Part shown: piece by piece, positions 51,862 to 62,800 of the stretch
Layout of the letters: the number at the start of each line of letters is the position of its first letter
Numbering within the stretch: the first letter of the stretch is position 1
Source of the DNA: Escherichia phage AV109
DNA: 64,000 nt
Strand: one strand, 5' to 3'
Sequence record: OR352939.1
Position numbers and translations under genes: made by a program
Notes under the pieces: generated by a model
What the model was told of the DNA's origin: nothing
The model's input: only the letters and a program-made list of their open reading frames with translations
Database searches by the model: none

Positions 51862-52537
51862 AGTTCCATCCAGGCCATTTTGAAGATTTAAGTCTATATG
51901 TAACTAAAGACGCAGAAATATTAAAAACATTTGAAACTTCTTTACACGAGGCGTATTTTATACCATCAATAATTATAGGTTTTTGTTTTTTAATAGTTCT
52001 TTCTTTAGAATGCGGCTTTGAATTTGCTATTCTAAGAGCTTCTTTGGTTGAATCAGGCATCGGCTTATTCGTTTTTCGCCCTTTTCGGACTTTACTCAAG
52101 GCCAATTTGTGAGCTTCAGATAGTTTCTTACCCTTATTAGGTGACGGTATTTTTCTTTCTAGTCTTGTTTTAGATACTTTAGCCTTAGTCTCTTCAGATC
52201 TAGGTTTACCTAATTTAGAAAGTGAAATAGACCTTTTAGCTTCATCACTTTGTTTTTTACCAGGACCACCTTTACCACCGGGAACTAAGTTATAAGTATC
52301 ATCTCGCAAAACAAAATCTTCATTAACCAATTCTGCTTCTTTTTTATAGGCGTCCTTGTCATTATCATATTCATAAAGAATTTCGGTATAAAAATTTTTT
52401 AGTCCATATTTAGCTTTGGCCGCTAATATAGCGCGGCCTGATCCAATATACCAATCTTTCTCTTTATGTTTTTTGTGTACGCCTATATAAATTTTACCAT
52501 TTATTTTATTGGTAGTTTTATACACAACGTATTTCAT
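51854..52537 (-). CDS. free-standing GIY-YIG homing endonuclease (Seg-like) between genes 33 and 59
   Basis: N-terminal YKTTNKINGKIYIG GIY-YIG motif, NUMOD-like Lys/Ser repeats, C-terminal DNA-binding region; ATGA overlap with gene 33 and 8-nt overlap with gene 59. Confidence 0.85.
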   Translation of the reverse strand: MKYVVYKTTNKINGKIYIGVHKKHKEKDWYIGSGRAILAAKAKYGLKNFYTEILYEYDNDKDAYKKEAELVNEDFVLRDDTYNLVPGGKGGPGKKQSDEAKRSISLSKLGKPRSEETKAKVSKTRLERKIPSPNKGKKLSEAHKLALSKVRKGRKTNKPMPDSTKEALRIANSKPHSKERTIKKQKPIIIDGIKYASCKEVSNVFNISASLVTYRLKSSKWPGWNYD

Positions 52538-52872
52538 AATAAGAAATCTAACGTATTAGTTTTTTCACCACGAGCAACTGATGGGCGAAGCATGTTTTCG
52601 TCAATTGCTTCGCTTGTAATTTTTTCAACAATTCCTGTAGGAATAAATTTAGCAAATTGTGTTTCTGGAATAGAATTTTCTTCCAAGAAAGCAGTTGTTG
52701 CTTCTAAATAAGACATACCAAATTGTTCAACCATGGATTCGATAATGAATCCGTTTTCTTGTCGGTCAAGCAATTTAGCGATATCATCTTTATCGTGTTT
52801 TACTGCTAATTCTTGTTCAGATAAACCGGCCTCATCAACCGGTTTAATATCACTTAGTGAAAACTGTGTCAT
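52534..52872 (-). CDS. 33: late transcription accessory protein (T4 gp33-like)
   Basis: 112 aa, same length as T4 gp33. Confidence 0.9.
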   Translation of the reverse strand: MTQFSLSDIKPVDEAGLSEQELAVKHDKDDIAKLLDRQENGFIIESMVEQFGMSYLEATTAFLEENSIPETQFAKFIPTGIVEKITSEAIDENMLRPSVARGEKTNTLDFLL

Positions 52873-53137
52873 AAAGCTCGACTACCTCTTCGTTTTCAGC
52901 TTCAAATTGGTCACGAGCGTCTTTATGATAAAGAGCTAACAAACGATTAAACATTTTTCCATCGACGCCAAGCTCTTCTTTAGCACGAGTACGAATGTCT
53001 TTAATCAGTTCATTATAACCAGAAATTTTAAGTTTGTTATCGGAAGCTTCTTTGACTAGTTTAGCCAGTTCTTCACCATGCACATCTTGATTAAATTCAA
53101 CTGCTTCTTTCTTAGCCATGTTTACCTCAGAATTCAT
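52850..53137 (-). CDS. dsbA: double-stranded DNA-binding protein DsbA-like
   Basis: 95-aa ORF between rnh and gene 33, as T4 dsbA. Confidence 0.75.
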   Translation of the reverse strand: MNSEVNMAKKEAVEFNQDVHGEELAKLVKEASDNKLKISGYNELIKDIRTRAKEELGVDGKMFNRLLALYHKDARDQFEAENEEVVELYDTVFTK

Positions 53138-54044
53138 TAATTACACTTGTTAATTTAGAAAGACCAGATTTTACAAAGTATGAATAAATCTTGCCTTTAG
53201 GTTGTGGTTTATATGAGTTATAATACTCTATAATGGTTGAAGCAATATTATCAGGGATATAATCAAAATCAATGAGAACCAAATTTTCTTGATACCGTTT
53301 ATATTCTTCTGCACTTAATAATACTTCAGCTTGAGAACGGTCATTAGCAATTGCTTCAATAATCGTTGTTTTCATGCTCGGAGTTCGTTCACCATCAACT
53401 CTGGTAAACCAGAAGTCACCACGAACTCGAACAGATGCAACGCCGTCTTTACGGTCACCTTTAAGAATTTTAGTCATGCAATCAATTTCAGCAGAACCGT
53501 TCTTAATTTTAACCCATTTTTTCTGTGGTGGCGACCACTGTTTAACGTTAGGATATTTGTGTAATTGTGTAAAGTCACCATCTGATGCAACAATACATAC
53601 CTTATGACCGGCTAATGACAAATATTTAGTTAATACACCGATATGGTCATCCGCTTCATACTTGTCAATATCCATTACAACGTATGGCATGTATTTCTTA
53701 ATCTCATCAACAACTTGATGGAGTGCAGTAAAATATCCTTCCCAATCCCACTTTGAAGCTTCACGATCGGTTTTACGATTTTTCTTGTAATAGTAAGCAA
53801 AATCACGTCGCCAATAACCTGAAGTAGCATTATCCATACACAATACAAATTTTGTATAGCCTTGCTTACGGAACATCACTACGTTTTTACGAATTGAATT
53901 CAAGATTACATGGCGAACCATCGGAACAGTAATTTTATCGCCGTCTTCAAAGTTGTTTAATGCGGCTGCCAATGCAATGTTACTAAAGTCGGCAAGTGCA
54001 ATACCTTCTTTGTAATCTTCATCCAACATCATTTCTAAATCCAT
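53127..54044 (-). CDS. rnh: RNase H / 5'-3' exonuclease
   Basis: 305 aa; near-identical to recalled T4 RNase H. Confidence 0.95.
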   Translation of the reverse strand: MDLEMMLDEDYKEGIALADFSNIALAAALNNFEDGDKITVPMVRHVILNSIRKNVVMFRKQGYTKFVLCMDNATSGYWRRDFAYYYKKNRKTDREASKWDWEGYFTALHQVVDEIKKYMPYVVMDIDKYEADDHIGVLTKYLSLAGHKVCIVASDGDFTQLHKYPNVKQWSPPQKKWVKIKNGSAEIDCMTKILKGDRKDGVASVRVRGDFWFTRVDGERTPSMKTTIIEAIANDRSQAEVLLSAEEYKRYQENLVLIDFDYIPDNIASTIIEYYNSYKPQPKGKIYSYFVKSGLSKLTSVINEF

Positions 54045-54076
54045 ATGAACCTCTTGTTCAGTTAGTCAACTTGTCT

Positions 54077-54106
54077 ATAGTAACACACTCATTTGAAAGC
54101 GTAAAC
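54077..54106 (-). promoter_or_regulatory. T4-type early promoter for rnh (-35 GTTTAC, 18-nt spacer, extended -10 TGnTACTAT)
   Basis: repeat-family promoter; its -35 lies 3 nt from the divergent gene 34 late promoter. Confidence 0.55.
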
Positions 54107-54109
54107 TGG

Positions 54110-54117
54110 TATAAATA
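54110..54117 (+). promoter_or_regulatory. T4-type late promoter TATAAATA for gene 34
   Basis: exact TATAAATA 31 nt upstream of the gene 34 ATG. Confidence 0.7.
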
Positions 54118-54147
54118 AGTATTATTGAAACAATAAAGGAAAAACGA

Positions 54148-57100
54148 ATGGCCGACATCAAACGTAAGTTCAGAGCCGAAGACGGTCTGGACGCCGGTGG
54201 CGACAAGATTGTTAACGTAGCATTAGCCGACCGTACAGTAGGTACTGATGGCGTAAACGTTGACTTCCTGGTACAAGAAAACACCGTTCAAGTATATGAT
54301 TCTACACGTGGATATAACAAAGGATTTGTTGTTCTTTATGACAACCGTTTATATCAAGCAATAAATGATATCGTGTCTCCTTCCGGGGCATTTAACCTTT
54401 TACAATGGCGTGCAGTTCGTACTGATACACAATGGATAACTGTCGCTTCTGGGACTTATCAACTTTCTTCAGGTGAATCGATTTCGGTTAACACTGGTGC
54501 CGGCAATGATATGGTTTTCACGTTGCCAAATACTCCTGTTGATGGTGATACTGTTGTTTTGGCTGATATTGGTGGAAGAACCGGGACAGTTAAAGTACAG
54601 ATTAACGCGTCTGTACAGAGTATTTTAAACTTTAGAGGTGAACAAGTTCGTACGGTTTTAATGACGCGTCCGCGTTCACAACTATTGTTTGTGTTTAGTA
54701 ATCGTTTGTGGCAGATGTATATTACCGATTATGGTAAAGAATCAATCACTGTTACACCTGCGACACCATATCAAGCACAAGCAAATGATTTTATCGTTCG
54801 TCGTTTTACTAGTGCAGCACCAATCAACATTACACTTCCACGTAATGCTAACAATGGTGATATAATCAGCCTAGTCGATTTAGATAGATTAAACCCACTG
54901 TATCATACAATTGTTAAAACATTTGATGATACAACGTCTATTGGTGAAGTCGGGACTCATATTGCCGAAGGCAGAAATGACTCTGACGCGTTTTTTGTTT
55001 TTGATGCCGCAAATAGTTTATGGCGTATATGGGAAGGCGACCAGAAATCGCGTCTTCGTATTATCCGTGCGGATTCAAATATTCGTCCAAATGAAGAAGT
55101 TCTTATTTTTGGCACAAATAACGCTACAGCCGGAACTATTAATCTTACGCTGCCTTCCGGAATTTTGAGTGGTGACACTGTTAAAATTTCAATGAACTAC
55201 ATGCGTAAAGGCCAAACAGTAAAAATTAAAGCTGCCGAAGGTGATACAATTGCTTCTTCTGTCGCATTACTTCAGTTCCCTAAACGTTCTGAATATCCAC
55301 CTGATGCTCAATGGGTTTCTGTTACTGAACTAGAATTCAATGGCACTACTTCATATGTTCCTGTGTTAGAATTAGCGTATATCGAAGACACTGTTGCTGG
55401 TACACGTTATTGGGTTGTTCAACAAAACGTCCCTACAGTAGAACGTGTTGATGCTGGAACTGATGCTACACGAGCTCGTTTAGGTGTTATTGCTCTTGCT
55501 ACTCAAGCGCAAGCAAATGTTGATTTAGAGAATACTCCAGCTAAAGAAGTGGCTATTACTCCGGAAACATTGGCAAATCGTACAGCAACTGAAGCTCGAC
55601 GTGGTATCGCTAAAATTGCTACAACAGCACAAGTTAACCAGAATTCCACAGCATCATTTGTGGACGATACTATTGTTACGCCTAAAAAACTAAATGAGCG
55701 TACAGCAACTGAAACTCGTCGCGGTCTTGCTGAAATTGCTACTCAGACCGAAACCGATGCTGGTCTTGATGACACAACGATTATTACACCTAAGAAATTG
55801 CAGGCACGTCAGGGTTCTGAAACACTATCGGGTATAGTTAAATATGTATCAACTACTTCTGCTACTCCTGCTGAAACTCGTGGGGCTGCAGGCACTAACG
55901 TTTATAATAAAACCGTAAATAATTTAACTATTTCTCCTAAAGCCCTTGACCAATATAAAGCAACTTATGCTCAACAAGGTGCAGTAATTTTAGCTGTTGA
56001 AAGTGAAGTAATTGCTGGTCAATCCCAAGCAGGTTATTCTCACGCTGTAGTAACTCCTGAAACACTACATAAGAAAACTTCTACTGATGGACGTATTGGT
56101 TTAATTGAAATTGCTACGCAAGCAGAAACTAATGCTGGGACTGATTATACACGTGCAGTAACGCCTAAGACGTTAAATGATAGGAAAGCTACGGAAGGAT
56201 TATCCGGCATAGCCGAACTTGCTACGCAAGTCGAATTTGATACTGGAACTGATGATACTCGTATCTCGACTCCACTGAAAATTAAAACTCATTTTGATTC
56301 TTCTGACCGTACCAGTGTTAATTCTGATTCCGGACTTATTGAAGAAGGAACCTTGTGGAACCATTATACTCTTGATATTTCTAAAGCAAATGAAACACAA
56401 CGTGGTACACTTCGCGTAGCGACCCAGGCAGAATCTAATGCAGGAACTTTAGATGATGTTCTTATTACTCCTAAAAAGCTTTTAGGGACTAAGTCCACTG
56501 AAACGTCTGAAGGCGTAATTAAGGTTGCTACTCAGGCTGAAACTGTAACAGGAACTTCTGCTAATACTGCTGTATCTCCTAAGAATTTAAAATGGATTGT
56601 CCAGAAAGAACCAACATGGGCTGCTACTACAGCAATTCGCGGATTCGTTAAAACTTCATCCGGTTCTATTACATTCGTTGGTAATGATACAGTTGGTTCA
56701 ACACAACCTTTAGAATCATATGAGAAAAATAGCTATGCAGTATCACCATATGAATTAAACCGTGTATTAGCAAATTATTTGCCGTTAAAAGCAAAAGCTG
56801 TAGATAGTAATTTATTGGATGGTCTAGATTCATCTCAGTTCATTCGTAGGGATATTGCACAGACGGTTAATGGTTCACTAACCTTAACCCAACAAACGAA
56901 TCTGAGTGCCCCTCTTGTATCATCTAGTACTGCTACGTTTGGTGGTTCAGTTTCGGCAAATAGTACATTGACTATTTCTAATACGGGAACAGCTACTCGA
57001 CTGATTTTTGAAAAAGGACCTCAGTCCGGAACAAATCCTGCTCAAACGATGACTATCAGAGTTTGGGGAAATGAATTTGGTGGTGGTTCAGATACAACAC

Positions 57101-58023
57101 GTTCTACTGTATTTGAAGTTGGTGATGAAACATCTAATCACTTTTATTCTCAACGTAATAAAGCTGGGAATATAACGTTTAGCATTAATGGTACTGTGAT
57201 GCCAATAAATGTTAACGCTTCAGGCACGTTAAATGCGAATGGTGTAGCAACATTTGGTCGTTCAGTTACAGCCAATGGTGAATTCATTAGCAAGTCTGCA
57301 AATGCTTTTAGAGCAATAAACGGTGATTATGGATTCTTTATTCGTAATGATGCCTCTAATACCTATTTTTTGCTCACTGCAGCCGGTGATCAGACTGGTG
57401 GTTTTAATGGATTACGCCCATTATTAATTAATAATCAATCCGGTCAGATTACAATTGGTGAAGGCTTAATCATCGCCAAAGGTGTTACTATAAATTCAGG
57501 CGGTTTGACTGTTAACTCGAGAATTCGTTCTCAGGGTATTAAAACATCTGATTTATATACTCGTGCGCCAACATCTGATACTGTAGGATTCTGGTCAATC
57601 GATATTAACGATTCAGCCACTTATAACCAGTTCCCAGGTTATTTTAAAATGGTTGAAAAAACTAATGAAGTGACTGGGCTTCCATACTTAGAACGCGGCG
57701 AAGAAGTTAAATCTCCTGGTACATTGACTCAGTTTGGTAATACACTTGATTCACTTTACCAAGATTGGATTACTTATCCAACAACTCCAGAAGCACGTAC
57801 CACTCGCTGGACACGTACATGGCAGAAAACTAAAAATTCTTGGTCAAGTTTTGTTCAGGTATTTGATGGAGGTAACCCTCCTCAACCATCTGATATTGGT
57901 GCTTTACCATCTGATAATGCTACAATGGGGAATCTTACTATTCGTGATTTCTTAAGGATTGGTAATGTCCGCATTATTCCAGACCCTGTGAATAAATCTG
58001 TTAAATTCGAGTGGATTGAATAA
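54148..58023 (+). CDS. 34: long tail fibre proximal subunit (T4 gp34-like)
   Basis: 1291 aa; size, position and repetitive Thr/Ala-rich fibre sequence. Confidence 0.95.
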   Translation: MADIKRKFRAEDGLDAGGDKIVNVALADRTVGTDGVNVDFLVQENTVQVYDSTRGYNKGFVVLYDNRLYQAINDIVSPSGAFNLLQWRAVRTDTQWITVASGTYQLSSGESISVNTGAGNDMVFTLPNTPVDGDTVVLADIGGRTGTVKVQINASVQSILNFRGEQVRTVLMTRPRSQLLFVFSNRLWQMYITDYGKESITVTPATPYQAQANDFIVRRFTSAAPINITLPRNANNGDIISLVDLDRLNPLYHTIVKTFDDTTSIGEVGTHIAEGRNDSDAFFVFDAANSLWRIWEGDQKSRLRIIRADSNIRPNEEVLIFGTNNATAGTINLTLPSGILSGDTVKISMNYMRKGQTVKIKAAEGDTIASSVALLQFPKRSEYPPDAQWVSVTELEFNGTTSYVPVLELAYIEDTVAGTRYWVVQQNVPTVERVDAGTDATRARLGVIALATQAQANVDLENTPAKEVAITPETLANRTATEARRGIAKIATTAQVNQNSTASFVDDTIVTPKKLNERTATETRRGLAEIATQTETDAGLDDTTIITPKKLQARQGSETLSGIVKYVSTTSATPAETRGAAGTNVYNKTVNNLTISPKALDQYKATYAQQGAVILAVESEVIAGQSQAGYSHAVVTPETLHKKTSTDGRIGLIEIATQAETNAGTDYTRAVTPKTLNDRKATEGLSGIAELATQVEFDTGTDDTRISTPLKIKTHFDSSDRTSVNSDSGLIEEGTLWNHYTLDISKANETQRGTLRVATQAESNAGTLDDVLITPKKLLGTKSTETSEGVIKVATQAETVTGTSANTAVSPKNLKWIVQKEPTWAATTAIRGFVKTSSGSITFVGNDTVGSTQPLESYEKNSYAVSPYELNRVLANYLPLKAKAVDSNLLDGLDSSQFIRRDIAQTVNGSLTLTQQTNLSAPLVSSSTATFGGSVSANSTLTISNTGTATRLIFEKGPQSGTNPAQTMTIRVWGNEFGGGSDTTRSTVFEVGDETSNHFYSQRNKAGNITFSINGTVMPINVNASGTLNANGVATFGRSVTANGEFISKSANAFRAINGDYGFFIRNDASNTYFLLTAAGDQTGGFNGLRPLLINNQSGQITIGEGLIIAKGVTINSGGLTVNSRIRSQGIKTSDLYTRAPTSDTVGFWSIDINDSATYNQFPGYFKMVEKTNEVTGLPYLERGEEVKSPGTLTQFGNTLDSLYQDWITYPTTPEARTTRWTRTWQKTKNSWSSFVQVFDGGNPPQPSDIGALPSDNATMGNLTIRDFLRIGNVRIIPDPVNKSVKFEWIE

Positions 58024-58031
58024 GAGGTATT

Positions 58032-59159
58032 ATGGAAAAATTTATGGCTAAGTTTGGACAAGGATACGTCCAAACGCCATTTTTATCGGAAAGCAATTCA
58101 GTACGATTTAAATTAAGCATAGCGGGCTCTTGCCCGCTATCAACATCTCCTGCTTATATTAAGTTCCAGGATAATCCACTTGGGTCCCAGGTTTTTTCCG
58201 TTGGATTAAACGTTCGTGTAATAAATCCTACAACGGGTGCAGTAGTTGAATCTAAGACATATAATTTCTCTACTGAAAACGACGCCACGTCAAGTGCATT
58301 TGTTACTTTCATGGACACATATGCTTCAAATTTTATATTTGCTCTTGTTACTAACGCTAAAACAAACTTTCCGCCAGAAGTTCTTGCATGGTTTAATAAA
58401 GCCGGAAGTTCTGCTATTCCATTAGCTCAACAAGTTTTAAATATAGTGGACATTTCTTATTCGGCATTTTATATTTCTGGTAAGAATGCTATAGCACTAG
58501 AACATATTAAGTATAGTAATAAGAAAACTTCAACCGACTATAGTACACCACTTGATGTTGTGTACGACACGATCGATGATATTGGTGCTACCGGCTTCCC
58601 TAGTCGTACGTACGAATCGACAGACACATTTTTATCTGCTGTTGGAGGTACTAATAACGAAATTAAAAGGATGCCTACAACATCCCTTATTACACCTCTC
58701 GCTGGGTATAAATTGAAGCCTGGAGATTTCCTTTATATGAAATTCCAACTAATGGCAGATGCTGATTTGTTAGCACAAGGGACGACACGACTTTCTATTC
58801 GTTTCTTTAAATCTCCTTCTACTTCACCTATTTCATTTAAGGATACAAACTTTGATGGGGCTGCAGGTGAATGGAAGATATATGAAGACTACATAGAAAT
58901 TCCTGCCGGTGCTGACGGGTTCACGATTTATTGTTATCGTACGGCCCCAGTCGGGCAAGGCGGATTAAGAAACGTTATATTCACTGAAGTGTCATGTAAT
59001 GGAAGCGTTTCAAAACCTGCTGAGTTTGGTATAAATGGTATTCGTGTAAATTATGTTTCAGAATCTTTAAGTGCCCCAGACATAATGACATTACCTACTC
59101 AATCTTCAACTGATACCGGTAAGGTATTTGGACAAGAATTTAAAGAAGCATCAGAATAA
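58032..59159 (+). CDS. 35: long tail fibre hinge protein (T4 gp35-like)
   Basis: 375 aa directly after gene 34. Confidence 0.9.
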   Translation: MEKFMAKFGQGYVQTPFLSESNSVRFKLSIAGSCPLSTSPAYIKFQDNPLGSQVFSVGLNVRVINPTTGAVVESKTYNFSTENDATSSAFVTFMDTYASNFIFALVTNAKTNFPPEVLAWFNKAGSSAIPLAQQVLNIVDISYSAFYISGKNAIALEHIKYSNKKTSTDYSTPLDVVYDTIDDIGATGFPSRTYESTDTFLSAVGGTNNEIKRMPTTSLITPLAGYKLKPGDFLYMKFQLMADADLLAQGTTRLSIRFFKSPSTSPISFKDTNFDGAAGEWKIYEDYIEIPAGADGFTIYCYRTAPVGQGGLRNVIFTEVSCNGSVSKPAEFGINGIRVNYVSESLSAPDIMTLPTQSSTDTGKVFGQEFKEASE

Positions 59160-59164
59160 ATTTA

Positions 59165-59182
59165 GGGAGACCGAAGTCTCCC
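59165..59182 (+). terminator. rho-independent terminator after gene 35 (GGGAGAC-CGAA-GTCTCCC + T5)
   Basis: perfect 7-bp stem followed by ATTTTTGT. Confidence 0.6.
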
Positions 59183-59189
59183 ATTTTTG

Positions 59190-59197
59190 TATAAATA
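59190..59197 (+). promoter_or_regulatory. T4-type late promoter TATAAATA for gene 36
   Basis: exact TATAAATA 25 nt upstream of the gene 36 ATG. Confidence 0.7.
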
Positions 59198-59221
59198 TGG
59201 TATACATATAAGGAGACAACT

Positions 59222-59884
59222 ATGGCCGATTTAAAAGCTGGTAGTACAACTGGCGGTGCTGTTATATGGCATCAAGGTAATTTCCCTTTAATGCCAGCAG
59301 GTGATGACGTCCTGTATAAAACGTTTAAACTCTATTCAGAATATAATAAACCACAAGCTGCTGATAATGATTTCGTTTCTAAAGCTAATGGTGGTACTTA
59401 CGCTGCAACTGTTCGATTTAACGAAGGCGTACATGTTCCTACTGTAGGTAGTAGTCAACAGTGTGGTGTTTATCCAGGTAACGGTGATGCAGCTACTTTT
59501 GATATGGCAAATATTGACATCGTTTCGTGGAATGGTATTGGTTTTAAGTCATCACAAGGTTCAGCAGACCGAACTGTTGTTATTAACGCTCGTAATGGTG
59601 ATATTAGTACAAAAGGCGTTGTGACAGCAGTAGGTCAAATAAGAAGTAATGCAGTTGCTCCAGTTGCAGCAAATGATCTCACAAGAAAAGATTATGTTGA
59701 TGGACGAATAAATATTGTTACGGATAACGCAAATTCCCGTGTATTGCGTTCTGGCGATACCATGACTGGTACTTTAACAGCACCAAACTTTTTCTCACAG
59801 AATCCGGCATCCGAGGCTAATCATGTTCCACGATTTGATCAAATCGTAATTAAGGATTCTGTTCAAGATTTCGGCTATTATTAA
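59222..59884 (+). CDS. 36: long tail fibre distal connector (T4 gp36-like)
   Basis: 220 aa, position before gene 37. Confidence 0.9.
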   Translation: MADLKAGSTTGGAVIWHQGNFPLMPAGDDVLYKTFKLYSEYNKPQAADNDFVSKANGGTYAATVRFNEGVHVPTVGSSQQCGVYPGNGDAATFDMANIDIVSWNGIGFKSSQGSADRTVVINARNGDISTKGVVTAVGQIRSNAVAPVAANDLTRKDYVDGRINIVTDNANSRVLRSGDTMTGTLTAPNFFSQNPASEANHVPRFDQIVIKDSVQDFGYY

Positions 59885-59892
59885 GAGGACTT

Positions 59893-62800
59893 ATGGCTAC
59901 ATTAAAACAGATACAATTTAAAAGAAGCAAAGTAGCAGGAGTTAATCCTACTGCAGCACAATTAGCCGAAGGCGAATTAGCGATAAACTTAAAAGATCGA
60001 ACTCTTTTTACTAAAGATGACCTCGGTAATATTATTAGCCTAGGCTTTGCTAAGGGTGGGGATATTAACGGTAATGTAACTCAAACTGGCGATTATTTAC
60101 AAAACGGCACGTATAATCTCAATGGAAATCAGTTTGTTTACGCAGGAAAATACATTGAATTTTTACCTAAAACCACTGGAAATGGCGCTTGGGCTAACCA
60201 ACATTCGAATAAAGCCCCTATCTTTACAGATTTAAGTTCAACTACTTCTGTTTCAGAATACCATCCACTGATTAAACAACGTTATAAAGATGGAACTTTT
60301 TCTGCTGGTACATTAGTAAACGAAGGTAGTTTTAAATTCCATTATATTGATGAAACCGGGACTTCAAAATACTGGACTTTTAATCGAAACGGTAATTTTC
60401 AAGTTGATTCCGGAAGTTTATTAGTATCTAATGGATATTTAGTTACTCAAAGTAATATTGAAACTAAAGCTGGTTCTTTAATTGGTCCTAAAGTTATTAC
60501 CAAAAATATCAATGTGAGTACTAAATCTTGGGACACTAATATTGATACTGCATATGATTTAGTTTCATTACCGACTTGGCACTATACTCCAACCGAAACA
60601 GATTTGGATACTAATGGTATAAACTACCTTCGTAAATTCCGCGGACATGTTTCTTCTGCTATTTTCCATGAAGTTGCTGATGCTCGTTCAGGTAAACCAC
60701 AGAATATTTCGTATTGGACGGGACGTAATGCTGAAGTTTATCAATGGTCTTATACCACAGACGGGCGTATGTCTGTTGCTAATTCGATAGGTATAGGTCT
60801 TGCTGATGTTGGTGACCAAGGACGTTATCCATTGGTTTCGTTTGGTAAAGGTATTGCAATTGGTGACAATGATACTGGTATTAAATGGGTTCGTGACGGC
60901 GTTATTGATTTGATTGCTAACGGTGTTTCGACCGGTACAATAAACAGTACTGGTGTTAATAGTACAAAGAAATTAACAGTTGGGTATAGCCGTGATTCTG
61001 GATCTACTTGGGATTATCCGAATACCAACCAGGCAATGTTCAGCGCTAGAACAGAAGTTGATGGTAATAATAACGGTGATGGTCAAACTCACATTGGTTA
61101 TAGTTCTAATGCTAAGATGTATCATTATTTCCGTGGCGCTGGCCGCATGGCCATCAGCATGGGTGAAGGTCTTATTGTCGAACCAGGAATTCTTGATATT
61201 AAAACCGGTTCAAATTCGTTAAATTTGCGTGCTGATGGTACCATCGCTTCTGTTCAAACGTTAAAACTTAATAATGGATTATATTTTAATGGTGATGGAA
61301 CTAATGCTTCTCTAATTTTTAAAGCAGCTTCAGGTATTGATGGTACTAAGCAAATTTTGTGGGAAGGCGGTACTCGTGCAGGTCAGAACAAAAGTTATGT
61401 GACCGTGAAAGCATGGGGTAACTCATTTAATGCTACTGGTGATAAAGCTCGAGAAACCGTATTTGAGGTTTCTGATGGCCAAGGTTATTATTTCTATTCT
61501 CAACGCGTAGCTCCGACCGGTTCTGAAACTACAGGCCCTGTTGTAACTCAGTTCAATGGACAGGTTAATGCTAGAGGAAGCTTAATAACCGACGGAAGTC
61601 TTAGAGTTAACGGATTAAGCACTCTAGTTGGCAACGTTACAATGAATAATGGATTGTTTGTTCAAGGCGGTTCTTCTATTACTGGACAAGTTAAAATTGG
61701 TGGAACAGCTGATGCATTAAGAATTTGGAATGCTGAATACGGTGCTATTTTCCGTCGTTCTGAAGATAAGCTTTATATTATTCCAACTCCGCAGAATGCT
61801 GGTGAATCAGGTGGTATTTCTAATTTACGTCCGTTCTATATTGCATTAAGTAATGGTAAAGTTTCTATGGATCATGATGTAGATATCGGCGGCGGCAGAT
61901 TTAAAGTAGAAGCTGCTGGAACTACGGCTGGTCAACGCATAACAGTAAATATGGCATCAGATGCTATTAGAATAAATGCTCCAACACAAGAGTCTTCTAA
62001 CTTCATTCAAGGACGTAAAGCAGATGTTCCGAAATGGTATTTAGGTATTGGCGACGGCGGCAACGTCGTTCGTATGCACAGTTACACATATTCACATGGT
62101 ATTGCATTAAACTCTGATTCTGTCGATATTACTAAACCTCTTAAAGTCGGAAATGCCCAACTAGGAACCGATGGCAATATCACGGGCGGTTCCGGTAACT
62201 TTGCTAACCTAAATACCGCATTAAACCGCAAGGTAAATTCAGGATTTGTAACATACGGTGCAACTGCCGGATGGTATAAATTCGCCACAGTAACGATGCC
62301 ACAATCTACTTCTACTGTTTCATTTACTGTAACTGGTGGTAAAGGATTTAATACTGGACTGTTTACACAGTGTGCTATAACAGAAATTGTTCTTCGTACT
62401 GGTAATGACCACCCAATAGGTTTAAACGCGGTGATGTATACCAGAACAGCTGCGGGTTTTACTGATATTGCTGTAGTTAATACCTCAGGAAATACATATG
62501 ATGTCTATGTTGAATCTGGCACTTATGCCAACCAATTAGCTTATACCTGGCATGCAGTTGATAATGCTACCGTAAAAGTTATTGGTGCTTTTGGTCCGAC
62601 TCAAGACCCGGTAGATTCTTTGCCGGTTGATTATGTTAAAGGCCAGGTAGCTAACATGCTTAACAACCTGGTAGACACAGGTAAAGTAAAACGTTATGAA
62701 GCCGATTCTGAAATAGCTATTAATAACCCAACCGGTATTCGTATCAGAAGTAACTATGATAAAACTGGTTCTGTGGCTACAATGTTACGAAATGATGGCG

